This document shows positions 16,030 to 25,800 of a DNA stretch of 64,000 nt, in pieces (the first letter of the stretch is position 1; each line of letters begins with the position of its first letter). Below the pieces are notes generated by a model. The model did no database searches, was not told the origin of the DNA, and saw only the letters and a list, made by a program, of their open reading frames with translations. Source of the DNA: Anaerolineae bacterium (GTDB lineage Bacteria > Chloroflexota > Anaerolineae > B4-G1 > DUEL01). A program made the position numbers and the translations under genes. The stretch lies in the NCBI GenBank assembly GCA_016931695.1, contig JAFGEI010000023.1, forward strand, positions 5,328-69,327. The letters are read 5' to 3'.

Positions 16030-18420
16030 TCAACTTGCTCCCTTTCCGAAAACCTCCACCAGCGGGTCACACCACTGAGACCAAAACTGGATCGGTTCTT
16101 TCACCGGCACCGGGTTGTCGTGCGTCTGCTGGTCCGGGTACGGGTTGCTGCCCCGAGGCCGGGCCAGCAGTTCGTGGTTGTAAAAGATCGCCCCCTCGGT
16201 CATCTGGTGGTCCAGGGTATTGATCAATATCTGTTCGACGAGTTCGTCCTCGCCCAGCATTTGCAGCAGCTTGATCAGGTAGGGCGTGGAGCGCAGCCAG
16301 ACGACGTCGGCGTGATACTGGTGATCGCCATAGTATATCTGTGGGGAGACGCCGCGGGCGACGATGCCAAAGGGCCACCTGCCAATGCCGTATTTGACCA
16401 GCCGGCGATGGACCAGCAATTCCTGCCTGATCCGCTCCCAGATGGCGGACAGCTCTGCCGGGGCAAAGATCATCTCGCCCAACATTGCCGCCGCTACCAC
16501 GGCCGGCTCGGTCGGCAGCGGGTCCCGCACGCTCCGCTCGCGATAGACCACGTTGTACAAAAAGCCCCGCTCCGGATCCCAAAACACGGCCTTAAAGTGC
16601 GCCGTGGCGCGGGCGAGCAGGTCGGCGACCCGCTCCCTGAACGCGGCAATTTCCGGCCCGGCCTGCGCCGGCAGCGGCTCCCGGCTCAGCGCCAGGCGGA
16701 TCGTTTCCAACATCCCCTGCAGCATGACGATCCACTGGGCGTTGATCTCGGGCAAAAAGAACTCGGGCGCGGAGAGATGTTCTTTCAATGCCCTGTCGTC
16801 TGCCAGCCGCTCGTACAGGGCATGGATGAAGGATTCGGACACCCGGTTGGGCAGGTTTTCGATGAGCCGCCCCTCGCAGAACACGGACTGGGTTTGGGTA
16901 TCGATCCACGAATGTCGCGGGACGCTCAACAGCAGGCCGGTCGGGGCGTCTACTTGCGGCGGCCCGTCTTTCTTGTAAAGCGGATGAGCCAGCGCATCCT
17001 GGCGGCAAAACCGTTCGACCATCTTGATCGCATAGGGCAAGAGGTCCCAGGCAAAGTCCACGTCACCTGTCCGCTGGACGTAGGCGTTGGCGGCGATAAA
17101 GCACAACAAGGTGGCGTCAGAGGTATTATAGTCCTCGTTGTCTTCCTTGTTAAACTGGGGCAGCCGGTTCAGGATGCGCCCCGAAGCCTCGTCTTGCATG
17201 CAGAGGGCGAGCAGGATAATGTTCTTGATGTTCTCCCGCTCCTCCGGGATGCGCATCAGCGTGTCCATGCTGTTCAGGATGCCCTCGAACACGTCGCGGT
17301 ACCAGGGGTTCTTGAACCACCAGGCGCCCGCATAGGGGACCTGGACGTAAAAGATGGGCGGCTGGGCCAGGTGGATGTAGAGCTTGAACTTGGTCAGGCC
17401 TGCGATGCGGCCCAGGATTGCATCCTGGAACGGGATGCCGGGCCGCAGTGGAAAGAGTTGCTGGAGGCGCTGGTACAGCCGCCAGTCCTCCCCCCGCGAC
17501 TGTTGCAGCTGCTCTTCCAGCACGGGGAACGAGGGAAAGGCCGCTTTTTTTTCTTCCTCGTGCAGGTTGCAGCAGAAAAAGAGCCGCGCCCAGCGGGATG
17601 CAAAAGAGGGCGGGATTCGAACTTGAAAGAAGGCAGCGATGTCGTGGTGCTCCTCCTCGAACACGGTTTTGCCATCGGGGGATTCCTCCCTCTCGCCGGT
17701 GCCCAACTTGTAATGCCACTCCAGTTGTTGCGGCTTGGCAAAACGATCCAGTTCTACCGGTGGTAGGCGGAACGTGATCGACCGCTGCCCGTGGCGAAAT
17801 TGGATGTTTCGATAGCTCGCGGAATCGTTCACCTGGATTTCATAATCGAAGCGGGAGGGGTCGTACATGTGGCGGATGTCGAGGAACGGCTGGAGGACAG
17901 GGGTGATGGCGGTGCCGTGATGGACCAGCCCGTGGGGAAAATAGAGTTCGACGCAGCCGGTGATGCACAACGGCTGGTTTCGCGAGTGCAGGTAGTAGGA
18001 AACGTAGAACGGGATCTCCGCGCCCTCCCTCCCACCCAGGGCGGCGGCGGCGATCTTGTATTCGTAGGTCACGCGCCAGGGATTGAGCCGCACCGCCAGG
18101 CGGGTGCGATCGGTGACGAACGGCAGGTACTTGCCGGCCGGGTCCTGCAGGCCGAGCGCGACGCAGTCGATGAATTTCCAATTCTCGCCGCCCTGGTAGA
18201 CCAGCAGCCCCTCGTAGGGATAGTCGCGGTTGGGAGCGATCAGCCGCTTGTCGTCTATCTCGATGATGCTGGAATAGATGGACTGAACCCACTCGGCGGA
18301 AGGGGCCATCAGCGCGCAGCGCCGGTTGCGGGCAAATCCCCAGTCGGGGTTCTCGAGCGGGGTCAGCGAGATGAAACTGCCGATCGGGTCTTCTGCCAGG
18401 GGGGTGTCCGCGTAGCGCAT
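16030..18420 (-). CDS. glycogen debranching enzyme family protein (amylo-alpha-1,6-glucosidase-type C-terminal alpha/alpha toroid with GDE N-terminal domain)
   Basis: 796 aa. …FYNHELLARP…, …WFKNPWYRDVFEGI…, …LDHQMTEGAI… are typical of the bacterial/archaeal GDE_N plus GDE_C architecture. Confidence 0.8.
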   Translation of the reverse strand: MRYADTPLAEDPIGSFISLTPLENPDWGFARNRRCALMAPSAEWVQSIYSSIIEIDDKRLIAPNRDYPYEGLLVYQGGENWKFIDCVALGLQDPAGKYLPFVTDRTRLAVRLNPWRVTYEYKIAAAALGGREGAEIPFYVSYYLHSRNQPLCITGCVELYFPHGLVHHGTAITPVLQPFLDIRHMYDPSRFDYEIQVNDSASYRNIQFRHGQRSITFRLPPVELDRFAKPQQLEWHYKLGTGEREESPDGKTVFEEEHHDIAAFFQVRIPPSFASRWARLFFCCNLHEEEKKAAFPSFPVLEEQLQQSRGEDWRLYQRLQQLFPLRPGIPFQDAILGRIAGLTKFKLYIHLAQPPIFYVQVPYAGAWWFKNPWYRDVFEGILNSMDTLMRIPEERENIKNIILLALCMQDEASGRILNRLPQFNKEDNEDYNTSDATLLCFIAANAYVQRTGDVDFAWDLLPYAIKMVERFCRQDALAHPLYKKDGPPQVDAPTGLLLSVPRHSWIDTQTQSVFCEGRLIENLPNRVSESFIHALYERLADDRALKEHLSAPEFFLPEINAQWIVMLQGMLETIRLALSREPLPAQAGPEIAAFRERVADLLARATAHFKAVFWDPERGFLYNVVYRERSVRDPLPTEPAVVAAAMLGEMIFAPAELSAIWERIRQELLVHRRLVKYGIGRWPFGIVARGVSPQIYYGDHQYHADVVWLRSTPYLIKLLQMLGEDELVEQILINTLDHQMTEGAIFYNHELLARPRGSNPYPDQQTHDNPVPVKEPIQFWSQWCDPLVEVFGKGAS

Positions 18421-18431
18421 GGGCTGTCACC

Positions 18432-19880
18432 TCATTCCTGCACACAAAAGACGACGCCGGCCTGGGGTTGGTGCTCTTTGCCTGCCCGGTCGGTGACGGC
18501 GACGGTCAGCCAGCGCGGGCGGTCGAGAAAATTGTGCAGCGCCTGCTCCATCCGCGCGAAATCGCGCCGCAGTTCCCAGCTGCGGCTGGGGTCAGCCGCA
18601 TCGTGGAGCACCACGAACAAGCGGTTGGCGGCGTGGAACCGGCCTTGTTGAGACTGCTGCGCGTACAGCCAGCGCGCCAGTGCCGCGGGGTGTGCCTGGG
18701 CGTAGCCGACGTCGTGGCCGAACCCGCGGGGGAGGGCGGTCAGCTTGAGGTCGAACCCCGTTTCGTCCAGGTAAAAGTCGACCGTGTGGTGGAAGGGGTC
18801 GGGCTCGGGGCGGGTGCGGGGGTGGGCCAGGATGATCTCGAGCGCCGCCTGGTGGGTATGAAAGTTGTACCAGCGCCGGAGGACATAGCCGCCAAATTCG
18901 CGCGGCGGAAGGTCGCGTTCGGCTGCCACCCGCCGCGTCTCGCGGCGCAGTGCGCGCAGCGTCGGCGTGGAATAGACAAAGCGGCTGGCCTGGTCCCAGG
19001 CGTCGTCCTGCACCCGGCCCCAGGGCGGCATATCTTTGACCTGCAGCAACTCCTGGCGCCGGTCGACTGGCGCGGCGGGTTTTTGGAACACGATCACGTA
19101 CTCGTGCTTAAAGACGTAATATCCCCCTGCCAGGGCCCGGTAGCGCCAGAGGTTGCTGGCGCGGCCCTTGCCCCGCTCGTTGCCGGCGATGTTTTTGACC
19201 ACGATGGCCTTGGTGCGCAGGCCCACCCGCTGCATCCGCTCCATGCAGTAGAAGCCGAGGGGGACCAACTCGCCGCGGCTGTACTTGTCGCCGACGACCA
19301 GCGCCGCAAATCGCCCTGGCTCCAGGAGATCGAACCCGTGCCGGGCCACCGCGCCGAACTGGTCGAGGAAAGCTTCCACGGAAGGGGCGTTGGAGAGGTC
19401 GGCGGGATGGTCTGAAAACGAGATGATGTCGTGATAGGGGGGGTGGAGCAGCAGCAGCTGGGCATGTTCCGTGCCCAGCGCAGCCAACTCTTGCCGCACA
19501 CGCACTGCTGTTTCGGCCTGGGTGGCGTCGCCCGGCACGAGGCGGATGCGGTCGCCCAGCAGCTCGGGTGGTAGCTTGGCGCGCACCGCTTCCACCAGCC
19601 CCGGCTGCAGCTCGACCCCCACCAGCCGCCGCTCGAGGCGCGCTGCCTCGATGGCGCTGGTGCCCGAGCCGAGGAAGAGGTCGAGCACCACGTCGTCCTT
19701 CTTTGTGTAGCGCAGCAAGATCTGGGTGGCGATCTGGGGGACGAAATTGCCGTGATAGTCCAGTTGGTGCCCCCCGCTCCGGTCGCGGCTGTCGATCAGC
19801 CACAGGGAGTCGGTCCAGATATGCTCATACTCCCGCCAGCGATCGAGGTCGATATCGGAATAGGGAGGGGTCTTGGTCAT
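18432..19880 (-). CDS. SAM-dependent amino-methyltransferase-like protein (motif I DLFLGSGTS … motif IV LLLLHPPY), with an about 250-aa C-terminal extension of unknown function
   Basis: Start at ATG 19880 (MTKTPPYSDIDL…), forming ATGA with the stop of the upstream GH57 gene. The 41-codon Arg-rich upstream extension is rejected. FxGSGT followed about 85 aa later by (D/N/H)PPY is the N6-adenine/N4-cytosine DNA MTase or Trm11/RlmL-type RNA MTase signature. Confidence 0.6.
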   Translation of the reverse strand: MTKTPPYSDIDLDRWREYEHIWTDSLWLIDSRDRSGGHQLDYHGNFVPQIATQILLRYTKKDDVVLDLFLGSGTSAIEAARLERRLVGVELQPGLVEAVRAKLPPELLGDRIRLVPGDATQAETAVRVRQELAALGTEHAQLLLLHPPYHDIISFSDHPADLSNAPSVEAFLDQFGAVARHGFDLLEPGRFAALVVGDKYSRGELVPLGFYCMERMQRVGLRTKAIVVKNIAGNERGKGRASNLWRYRALAGGYYVFKHEYVIVFQKPAAPVDRRQELLQVKDMPPWGRVQDDAWDQASRFVYSTPTLRALRRETRRVAAERDLPPREFGGYVLRRWYNFHTHQAALEIILAHPRTRPEPDPFHHTVDFYLDETGFDLKLTALPRGFGHDVGYAQAHPAALARWLYAQQSQQGRFHAANRLFVVLHDAADPSRSWELRRDFARMEQALHNFLDRPRWLTVAVTDRAGKEHQPQAGVVFCVQE

Positions 19881-21262
19881 AATTCGGCCTTTTTGAGAAT
19901 CTCGTCCAGGATATCGGCGCCGGTGCGGTTGCTCTGCCCATTGATCGCCACGCGCAGGTCGCGGTATAGACCGGGGGTCAGGTCCTCGCCGGTGGCGTAG
20001 CACGTGAGGGCGATGGCGCGGACCCCGTTGGCGATGCCATAGCGCGGCTCATACCGTTCCAGGCGCTCGAAGAAAAAGGTACAGCTGGCATACATCCGTT
20101 GCCGATAGAACTGGGCTTCCAGCAGCCACAACATTCGCTGTGCTCCCTCGGCACCAAGTTTACTCAGGCCGTGCCGGGCCAGCAGTTCCGGGCCCTCGAT
20201 CTCTCCCATCACCACGGCAATGTACTCGTCCCGCAGCGCCCAGGGTTCCAGGCCCATCTTGAGCGCCTCGCGTTCGTAGGCCGCGTCCAGGTTGCAGGCC
20301 AGGTTATCCAGCGCGCGCCGCAGGGCGCCTTTCCAGCGGCTGTCGCCCTCGGTACACTCGCATCCCACCACCCAGCGGGCCAGCCCGTGCGGGCAGCTCC
20401 AGGACGAGTTCTGCACGATCTCGATCTCTGTTTTCGGAGGGTGGTCGCGCAGGTAGCGGCCCAAGGTCGTGATGGTGTAGCCGTGTTGTTCGCCGATTTC
20501 CAGGATGCGCTGCAGCACCGCGGCCCCCTGTGGGCGGTGGTGGCCAAAAGTCTCGCCGTCGGTGGCCGCGAGCAGCAGCCCGTCGCGCTGGCAGCGCCAC
20601 CTGACGTGGTCCCAAATCCATCCGTCCACGTTGCCCGGGTCCGGCATGTCGAAGGAGAGGGTGTTGGAGAGGTGGCGATCGCGCACAAAGACCGCGATTT
20701 TCTCTTCTTCGCCGCGGATGCGCACCCAATAGGGGCCGGCGCCGTTCTCCATGCTTCCCCGCACCTGTTCGTCGGAGAGGATGGTAAAGCGGATACCTTC
20801 TGAAACCAGGACCTGCAGCGTCGCCTCGTCGACCGCCATCTCTGGCAGCCACATCCCCTCGGGGCGGTGGCCGAAGCGATGGGTAAAGCTGGCGATGCCC
20901 CAGCGGACCTGGCAGACCTTGTCCCGCCGCCGCGCCAGGGGGAGGATCGTGTGGTGGACCGGCTGAGCCAGTCCGTTGCTGACGCCGTGGGCGGCATAGT
21001 GGGCCCGTTCGCCGGCGACGATCCGCTCGTACGTGGCAGGGGCGTGCTCGTCCAGCCAACGGGCCAGCGTTCCCCCCAGGTTAAAGCTGATCCGTTCGAA
21101 ACTGCCGGCTTCGGCCAGGGGAGTATAGCTCTCGGCGGCGATGCGCTCGTTCCAGTTGGCGTACGGGGCGGCGTCCGGCTCGCGGGAGATGTGATTGGTG
21201 AACGGGTCCGCTCGCGGCGGCTGGTAAAAATGGCCGTGGACACAGAAATAGCAATCAGACAT
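19877..21262 (-). CDS. glycoside hydrolase family 57 protein (alpha-amylase/4-alpha-glucanotransferase-like)
   Basis: Start at ATG 21262 after aaagga (MSDCYFCVHGHFYQPPRADPF…). Conserved GH57 region …GMWLPEMAVDE…, …ATDGETFGHH…. 461 aa. Confidence 0.75.
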   Translation of the reverse strand: MSDCYFCVHGHFYQPPRADPFTNHISREPDAAPYANWNERIAAESYTPLAEAGSFERISFNLGGTLARWLDEHAPATYERIVAGERAHYAAHGVSNGLAQPVHHTILPLARRRDKVCQVRWGIASFTHRFGHRPEGMWLPEMAVDEATLQVLVSEGIRFTILSDEQVRGSMENGAGPYWVRIRGEEEKIAVFVRDRHLSNTLSFDMPDPGNVDGWIWDHVRWRCQRDGLLLAATDGETFGHHRPQGAAVLQRILEIGEQHGYTITTLGRYLRDHPPKTEIEIVQNSSWSCPHGLARWVVGCECTEGDSRWKGALRRALDNLACNLDAAYEREALKMGLEPWALRDEYIAVVMGEIEGPELLARHGLSKLGAEGAQRMLWLLEAQFYRQRMYASCTFFFERLERYEPRYGIANGVRAIALTCYATGEDLTPGLYRDLRVAINGQSNRTGADILDEILKKAEL

Positions 21263-21269
21263 CGGCTCG

Positions 21270-22190
21270 TCAGTCTGTCCTTTGCGAGATTTGCCAGCCC
21301 CAATTGCTGGCGGCGGCAACCAGGCTGGTGTAGACCAGGCCCGGCAGGATCGAGATGAGCAGGGTGAGGATGAAGGGATCGGTCTCCATTCCCGCTCGCG
21401 CGCTGAGAAAAACGAACAGCGCAAAGGCACCCCCTGCCCAACCGCCCAGGCCGACGATGGCGCCCATCTTTTGCGCCTCTTTGCTGCTCAAAGTGCGCCC
21501 GCCTTTTTTGGCCTCGTGCCCGACCATCCAGCCCGCGAGCAGGCCCAAGGGAAATCCGGCCAGAACGCCCACACAACAGATCGCGCCCAACCCGGTGACG
21601 ATGGCGTTGACGACCGCCAGGATCAGCCCGAGCTGCATGGTAGATGCAGCCATGCTGGCCGGGACAGGGCTGGGACGGGATGGCGCTGGCCTGGGCGGTT
21701 GGGGAGCGGGCCGGCTGGGCTGGGGTGTGGGGCGGGTGCGCACCGCTGGGGGCGGCGGGTACAGCTTGGCTAGCGAGGACTGGGCCAGGCGGACGATTTC
21801 TTCGTCGTCGGCGACGTCGCGCGCCTGCTCAAACTCCCACCGGGCCTGATCGATCGATCCCTGCCTCAGGGCGTAGTCGCCGCGGGCAATGTGAGACTGG
21901 GCGAGCTCGTCGTCCGCTGAAGGCTCGCCGGGCGGCGGCTCCGGCAAGGACGGCGCGAGGGGTTCCGCCGGGGGAGCGACCGGCGCTTCTTGCGGCGCGA
22001 ACGGTTCCACCATCAGGGTGGGCATCTCGATCGACGCTGGTTCTGGCCAGTCGAACAGGTCGTCCAGCTTGGGGATTTCTACCTCGGGCGGTTTCGGCCA
22101 CTCGAACTGGTCGCTGCCCAGGGCAAAGCCGCACTGCTGGCATGTCGTGGCCTGCGGGTCGTTTTCCGTGTTGCAGATGGGACATTTCAT
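21270..22190 (-). CDS. zinc-ribbon domain membrane protein (N-terminal C4 zinc ribbon, TPR-like segment, Pro-rich linker, C-terminal polytopic TM domain)
   Basis: Start at ATG 22190 (MKCPICNTENDPQATTCQQCGF…). Pro-rich PPPPAVRTRPTPQPSRPAPQPPRPAPSRPSP. C-terminal glycine-zipper TM segments. Confidence 0.55.
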   Translation of the reverse strand: MKCPICNTENDPQATTCQQCGFALGSDQFEWPKPPEVEIPKLDDLFDWPEPASIEMPTLMVEPFAPQEAPVAPPAEPLAPSLPEPPPGEPSADDELAQSHIARGDYALRQGSIDQARWEFEQARDVADDEEIVRLAQSSLAKLYPPPPAVRTRPTPQPSRPAPQPPRPAPSRPSPVPASMAASTMQLGLILAVVNAIVTGLGAICCVGVLAGFPLGLLAGWMVGHEAKKGGRTLSSKEAQKMGAIVGLGGWAGGAFALFVFLSARAGMETDPFILTLLISILPGLVYTSLVAAASNWGWQISQRTD

Positions 22191-22195
22191 CGCCT

Positions 22196-24343
22196 TCACT
22201 CCGCGTACTGCCGGGCTGCGAGGCGCAGCGCCAGCGCCCACGTCCCGCCTGCCGGCAGGTCGAGTTGCCAGATCAACAGCGTGCACGTCCCCTGGTAGGA
22301 CCGCTCGTAGCCGGCTTCCGAATTTGTGACGGCTTCCAGGGGGAAATGCCACAGCGTGGCCGGGCGGTCGGCGTGCAACGAGACCTCGCCCGCCAGATCG
22401 GGCAGGGTCGAGCCGACGACCAGCTGCGAGACCCCGTCGCGCTGGCCTGCAGCGGCCAGGCCGAGGCGCTCACCGTCGACGCGCAGGACGCCGTACTCGC
22501 TGTTGCCGCCGACGATGCCCCAGTTCCACTCGACGCCCAGGCGGAGGGAGAGGGGTTCGGCGCCCGCGTTTGTGACCTGGTAGTCGATGGTCAGCTCGTC
22601 GCTGCCGGCGGCGGCGGACAACCGTTTCTCTAGCCGTACCGGCCCGGCGGCCCCAACGCGGCCCACGCGGAACAGGGTCAGGCTGGCGCCCGGCTCCTGC
22701 TCGTCGATGCGCACTCCATACGGCTGGGCGAGAAAATCGCCGCGCTCCGCGCCACCGCCGTGGGAAAAGGACTCGCAGGTTGTGCCGGGGTGGAGAAAGT
22801 GGTCCAGCAGCGCCAGGCGGCGGTACGAATCGTGCGCGATATAGTCCGCGACGTCGCGTTCCTTGACCCGGATTGCAGCTGGCGGGGCTTTTTCGCCCGG
22901 CAGGACCAACCGCCCCTCGGCTGTCGCAGCGAGCAGTTCGTCGTGGTACCCCTCGCGGCGGCGGGTCATGCTGTTCAGCAGGTTGTAGCGCTGCCAGCGC
23001 CAGTCCCATTCCACCAGCGCCCCGCCGTAGCCTGGCTTGCAGACTAGCAGGTGCCGGTCCGTGTTCACCACCACCTCGGCCTGTCCATCACCGTCCACGT
23101 CATACTGCTCGACCTCGGCCCAGGGAGCGGCGCCGAAGCGGGCCTGGTCGGCCAGGTGCTCGGCGGCGATGAGGTGCGCATAGTTGGCGACGCGGATGTG
23201 AAAGAGATAGATGCCGCCAAAAAGGCCGTGCCAGTAGCCGCAGTTGCACTGGGACGACCAGAGGTGATCCAGCGCCCGCGTTTTTTTCTCTCCCTCGGCC
23301 ATCGCGTGTACCTTGCGGCTGACCCAGAGCATCTTTTTGTGCATCTGGTTCACCTCGTCGTAGCGGGCGATGAAGGAGCGCCAGTGCCCACCCTTGACAA
23401 AGCGCAGCACGTCCTGCCGTCCCTGCTCTGCCAACTGCTGCCGGATCCGCTGCAGCGCGGCAAAGTCGTCTGGCGGCAGCGCCCACTGCATCATCTCCTC
23501 GTAGGACGCGCAGGGCAAATAGACGCGGCCGAGCGGCGGCTGGCCGGCGGCAATCTCTCCCAGCGGGCGCGTGTCGAGCCAGTCGCTGTTGGCCTCCAGG
23601 GCGGTAAAGAACCGCTCGACCCACGCCTCTCGCTCCCAGCAGAGGTCCCACGTCCCGGGCCAGAGGCCGAACTTTTCGCCGTCGTCCCCCATCACGGCGA
23701 CCCTGGCCTGCCCGGCGCTGTTTTCGGGCGCCGCGTCTGCCTGGGTGCGCAGCCAGTCGATCACCTCTTCCACCGGGTGCCAGGGGATGGCGTAGCGCAG
23801 GTACATCGAGTTGCCAAATACCTGCAGCGCGTGGCCCTGCTCCTCGGTTACGTAGGCGCCAAAGAGATCGTCGTCGGTGAGACCGACCATCTTGAAATGG
23901 GTGTCGTCGAGCAGGGTGTAGCGGATGCCGGCCTCGGACAGAGACTTGGGGAGGTGGGGCTCCCAGACCCGCTCGGCCAACCACGCGCCTGTTGGCCGGC
24001 GTCCAAAGCGCTGCTGCAGAAAACGGTTCGTCTTGTGCAGCTGGCCGGCCTTGTCGGCGTCGGGGATCGCGGTCAGGATCGGCTCATAGTAGGCGCCGCC
24101 GAGCATCTCGACCTGGCCGCGGTCGACCAGGGCGGTCAGGCGCTGCAAGTGGTCGGGCTGGTGGGCGGACAGCCAGTCCAGCAGCGGGCCAGTATAGTGA
24201 AAGGCCATGCGGATGCGCGGGTGGCGCTCCAACGCTGCCAGCAGCGGGCTGTAGGCCTGTTGGACTGCCAGGGCAAAGACGTGGCCGAAATTGCCCACAG
24301 GCTGGTGGTTGTGGATGACCAGGGATAACGTGATCCGGCCCAT
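22196..24343 (-). CDS. large glycoside hydrolase family 57 protein (4-alpha-glucanotransferase/amylopullulanase-like, with C-terminal accessory domains)
   Basis: Start at ATG 24343, overlapping the glgA stop (TGATG) (MGRITLSLVIHNHQPVGNF…). GH57 motifs …WLAERVWEP…, …GDDGEKFGLWPG…. 715 aa. Confidence 0.75.
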   Translation of the reverse strand: MGRITLSLVIHNHQPVGNFGHVFALAVQQAYSPLLAALERHPRIRMAFHYTGPLLDWLSAHQPDHLQRLTALVDRGQVEMLGGAYYEPILTAIPDADKAGQLHKTNRFLQQRFGRRPTGAWLAERVWEPHLPKSLSEAGIRYTLLDDTHFKMVGLTDDDLFGAYVTEEQGHALQVFGNSMYLRYAIPWHPVEEVIDWLRTQADAAPENSAGQARVAVMGDDGEKFGLWPGTWDLCWEREAWVERFFTALEANSDWLDTRPLGEIAAGQPPLGRVYLPCASYEEMMQWALPPDDFAALQRIRQQLAEQGRQDVLRFVKGGHWRSFIARYDEVNQMHKKMLWVSRKVHAMAEGEKKTRALDHLWSSQCNCGYWHGLFGGIYLFHIRVANYAHLIAAEHLADQARFGAAPWAEVEQYDVDGDGQAEVVVNTDRHLLVCKPGYGGALVEWDWRWQRYNLLNSMTRRREGYHDELLAATAEGRLVLPGEKAPPAAIRVKERDVADYIAHDSYRRLALLDHFLHPGTTCESFSHGGGAERGDFLAQPYGVRIDEQEPGASLTLFRVGRVGAAGPVRLEKRLSAAAGSDELTIDYQVTNAGAEPLSLRLGVEWNWGIVGGNSEYGVLRVDGERLGLAAAGQRDGVSQLVVGSTLPDLAGEVSLHADRPATLWHFPLEAVTNSEAGYERSYQGTCTLLIWQLDLPAGGTWALALRLAARQYAE

Positions 24344-25800
24344 CAGCTTTGCGCGTGGCGTTCGATGGCCTGGCGGTAGAGCTGGAGGTACTTTTTCGCC
24401 GCAGCGCTCCAGCAAAAGTCGCCCTTCATGCCCCGCATCTGGAGCGCTTCCCACGCCGCCCGGTCGCGAAAGACCCGCATCGCTCGCCGGACTGCCTCCA
24501 GGCCGGTCTCGGGGCCAAAGGGCGAAAAAGAGAAGCCGGTGGCCTTGTCCGGCCGCTCGTGGTAGTCGATCACCGTATCGGCCAGGCCGCCGGTCTTGTG
24601 TACTACCGGCACCGCGCCATAGCGCATGGCGATCATCTGCCCGCGCCCGCACGGCTCGAAGCGGGAGGGCATCAGGTAGATGTCGCATCCGGCATAGATG
24701 CGGTGGGCCAGGACGTCGTCGTGCCGGAAAAGGCAGCGCACCTTGTTGGGGAAACGGCGTTGCAGCCCCTCCAACATCTCCTGGTATTCCGGCTGGCCGG
24801 TGCCCAGCAGCACCAATTGAACGTCGCCGGCCAGCAGCGGCTCCATCATCGCCGGCAAGATGTCGACTCCCTTGACGTGCTCCAGCCGGGTCACGAGGCC
24901 GAGCAGCGGTACGTCAGGGCGGACCGGCAGGTGCGCAGCCTGTTGCAGCGCGGCCTTATTCACCGCCCGCATCTTGGTGCTGGAGCGGTCAAAGTGGTGC
25001 GAGATGTGGGGATCGGTCGCCGGGTCCCACACCTGGCAGTCGATGCCGTTGGGCACGCCGGAGAGCCGATCCTGGCGCTGGCGGAGCAGGGGCGCCAGGT
25101 CGCCGCCCGCTGCTGTTTGTAGGATATCTTGGGCATATTGCTGGCTGACCGTGTTGACCAGGTCCGCGTTGGCGATTCCCTGCGCCATCCAGTTGACTTG
25201 TCCGGGCGGTTCCACCTCCAGGTGCTTGACGTACTCCATTTGGGCAAAGGTCAGCAGCAGCCGGCCAGAGATGCCCTGGTAGGCGAGGTTATGGATGGTA
25301 AAGAGACAGGCCAGGTGGCGGTATTGGCGGAGATAGCGGCCCTCGTAGGCCAGCCAGGTTGGAAGGACGGCGGTATGCCAGTCGTTGGCGTGGATGACGT
25401 CGGGCATCCACTCCAGCATCTCCAGCGAAGCGATCACCGCGCGGCCAAAGAAGGCGAATCGCTGCGGGTCGTCGTCAAAGCCATAGACCCGCTCGCGCGG
25501 GGAAAAGAATTTTTCGTCCCACACCAGATAGACGGGGACGCCGTCGCCCGTCGTGGTGTGGACGAGGTGGGCCCGCTCGTGTCCTGGGCCGACCGGCACG
25601 GAGAAGGGCCTGGCAAACTTTTTGAACTGGAATTCCTCGGAGCGAATGGAACCATAGCGCGGGATCATCAGGCGAACGTCGTGGCCCATGGCGTGGAGCA
25701 CGTTGGGCAGTGCGCCGGCGACGTCCGCCAATCCTCCGACCCGGGCGAATGGAACCGCTTCTGCGGCGAGAAACAATACTTTTAGCCGTTTGTCGCTCAT
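24343..25800 (-). CDS. glgA: glycogen synthase (ADP-glucose-type, GT5)
   Basis: Start at ATG 25800 (MSDKRLKVLFLAAEAVPFARVGGLADVAGALP…). Classical GlgA N-terminus and C-terminal GT-B domain (…GLVTRLEHVKGVDIL…, …MPSRFEPCG…). Confidence 0.85.
   Translation of the reverse strand: MSDKRLKVLFLAAEAVPFARVGGLADVAGALPNVLHAMGHDVRLMIPRYGSIRSEEFQFKKFARPFSVPVGPGHERAHLVHTTTGDGVPVYLVWDEKFFSPRERVYGFDDDPQRFAFFGRAVIASLEMLEWMPDVIHANDWHTAVLPTWLAYEGRYLRQYRHLACLFTIHNLAYQGISGRLLLTFAQMEYVKHLEVEPPGQVNWMAQGIANADLVNTVSQQYAQDILQTAAGGDLAPLLRQRQDRLSGVPNGIDCQVWDPATDPHISHHFDRSSTKMRAVNKAALQQAAHLPVRPDVPLLGLVTRLEHVKGVDILPAMMEPLLAGDVQLVLLGTGQPEYQEMLEGLQRRFPNKVRCLFRHDDVLAHRIYAGCDIYLMPSRFEPCGRGQMIAMRYGAVPVVHKTGGLADTVIDYHERPDKATGFSFSPFGPETGLEAVRRAMRVFRDRAAWEALQMRGMKGDFCWSAAAKKYLQLYRQAIERHAQS

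Noticed and set aside
18432-19880. The amino-methyltransferase as part of a restriction-modification system
   Set aside because: No endonuclease-like ORF is adjacent. The flanking genes are GH57 and GDE with tight coupling. It is retained as an orphan or recruited MTase finding instead.
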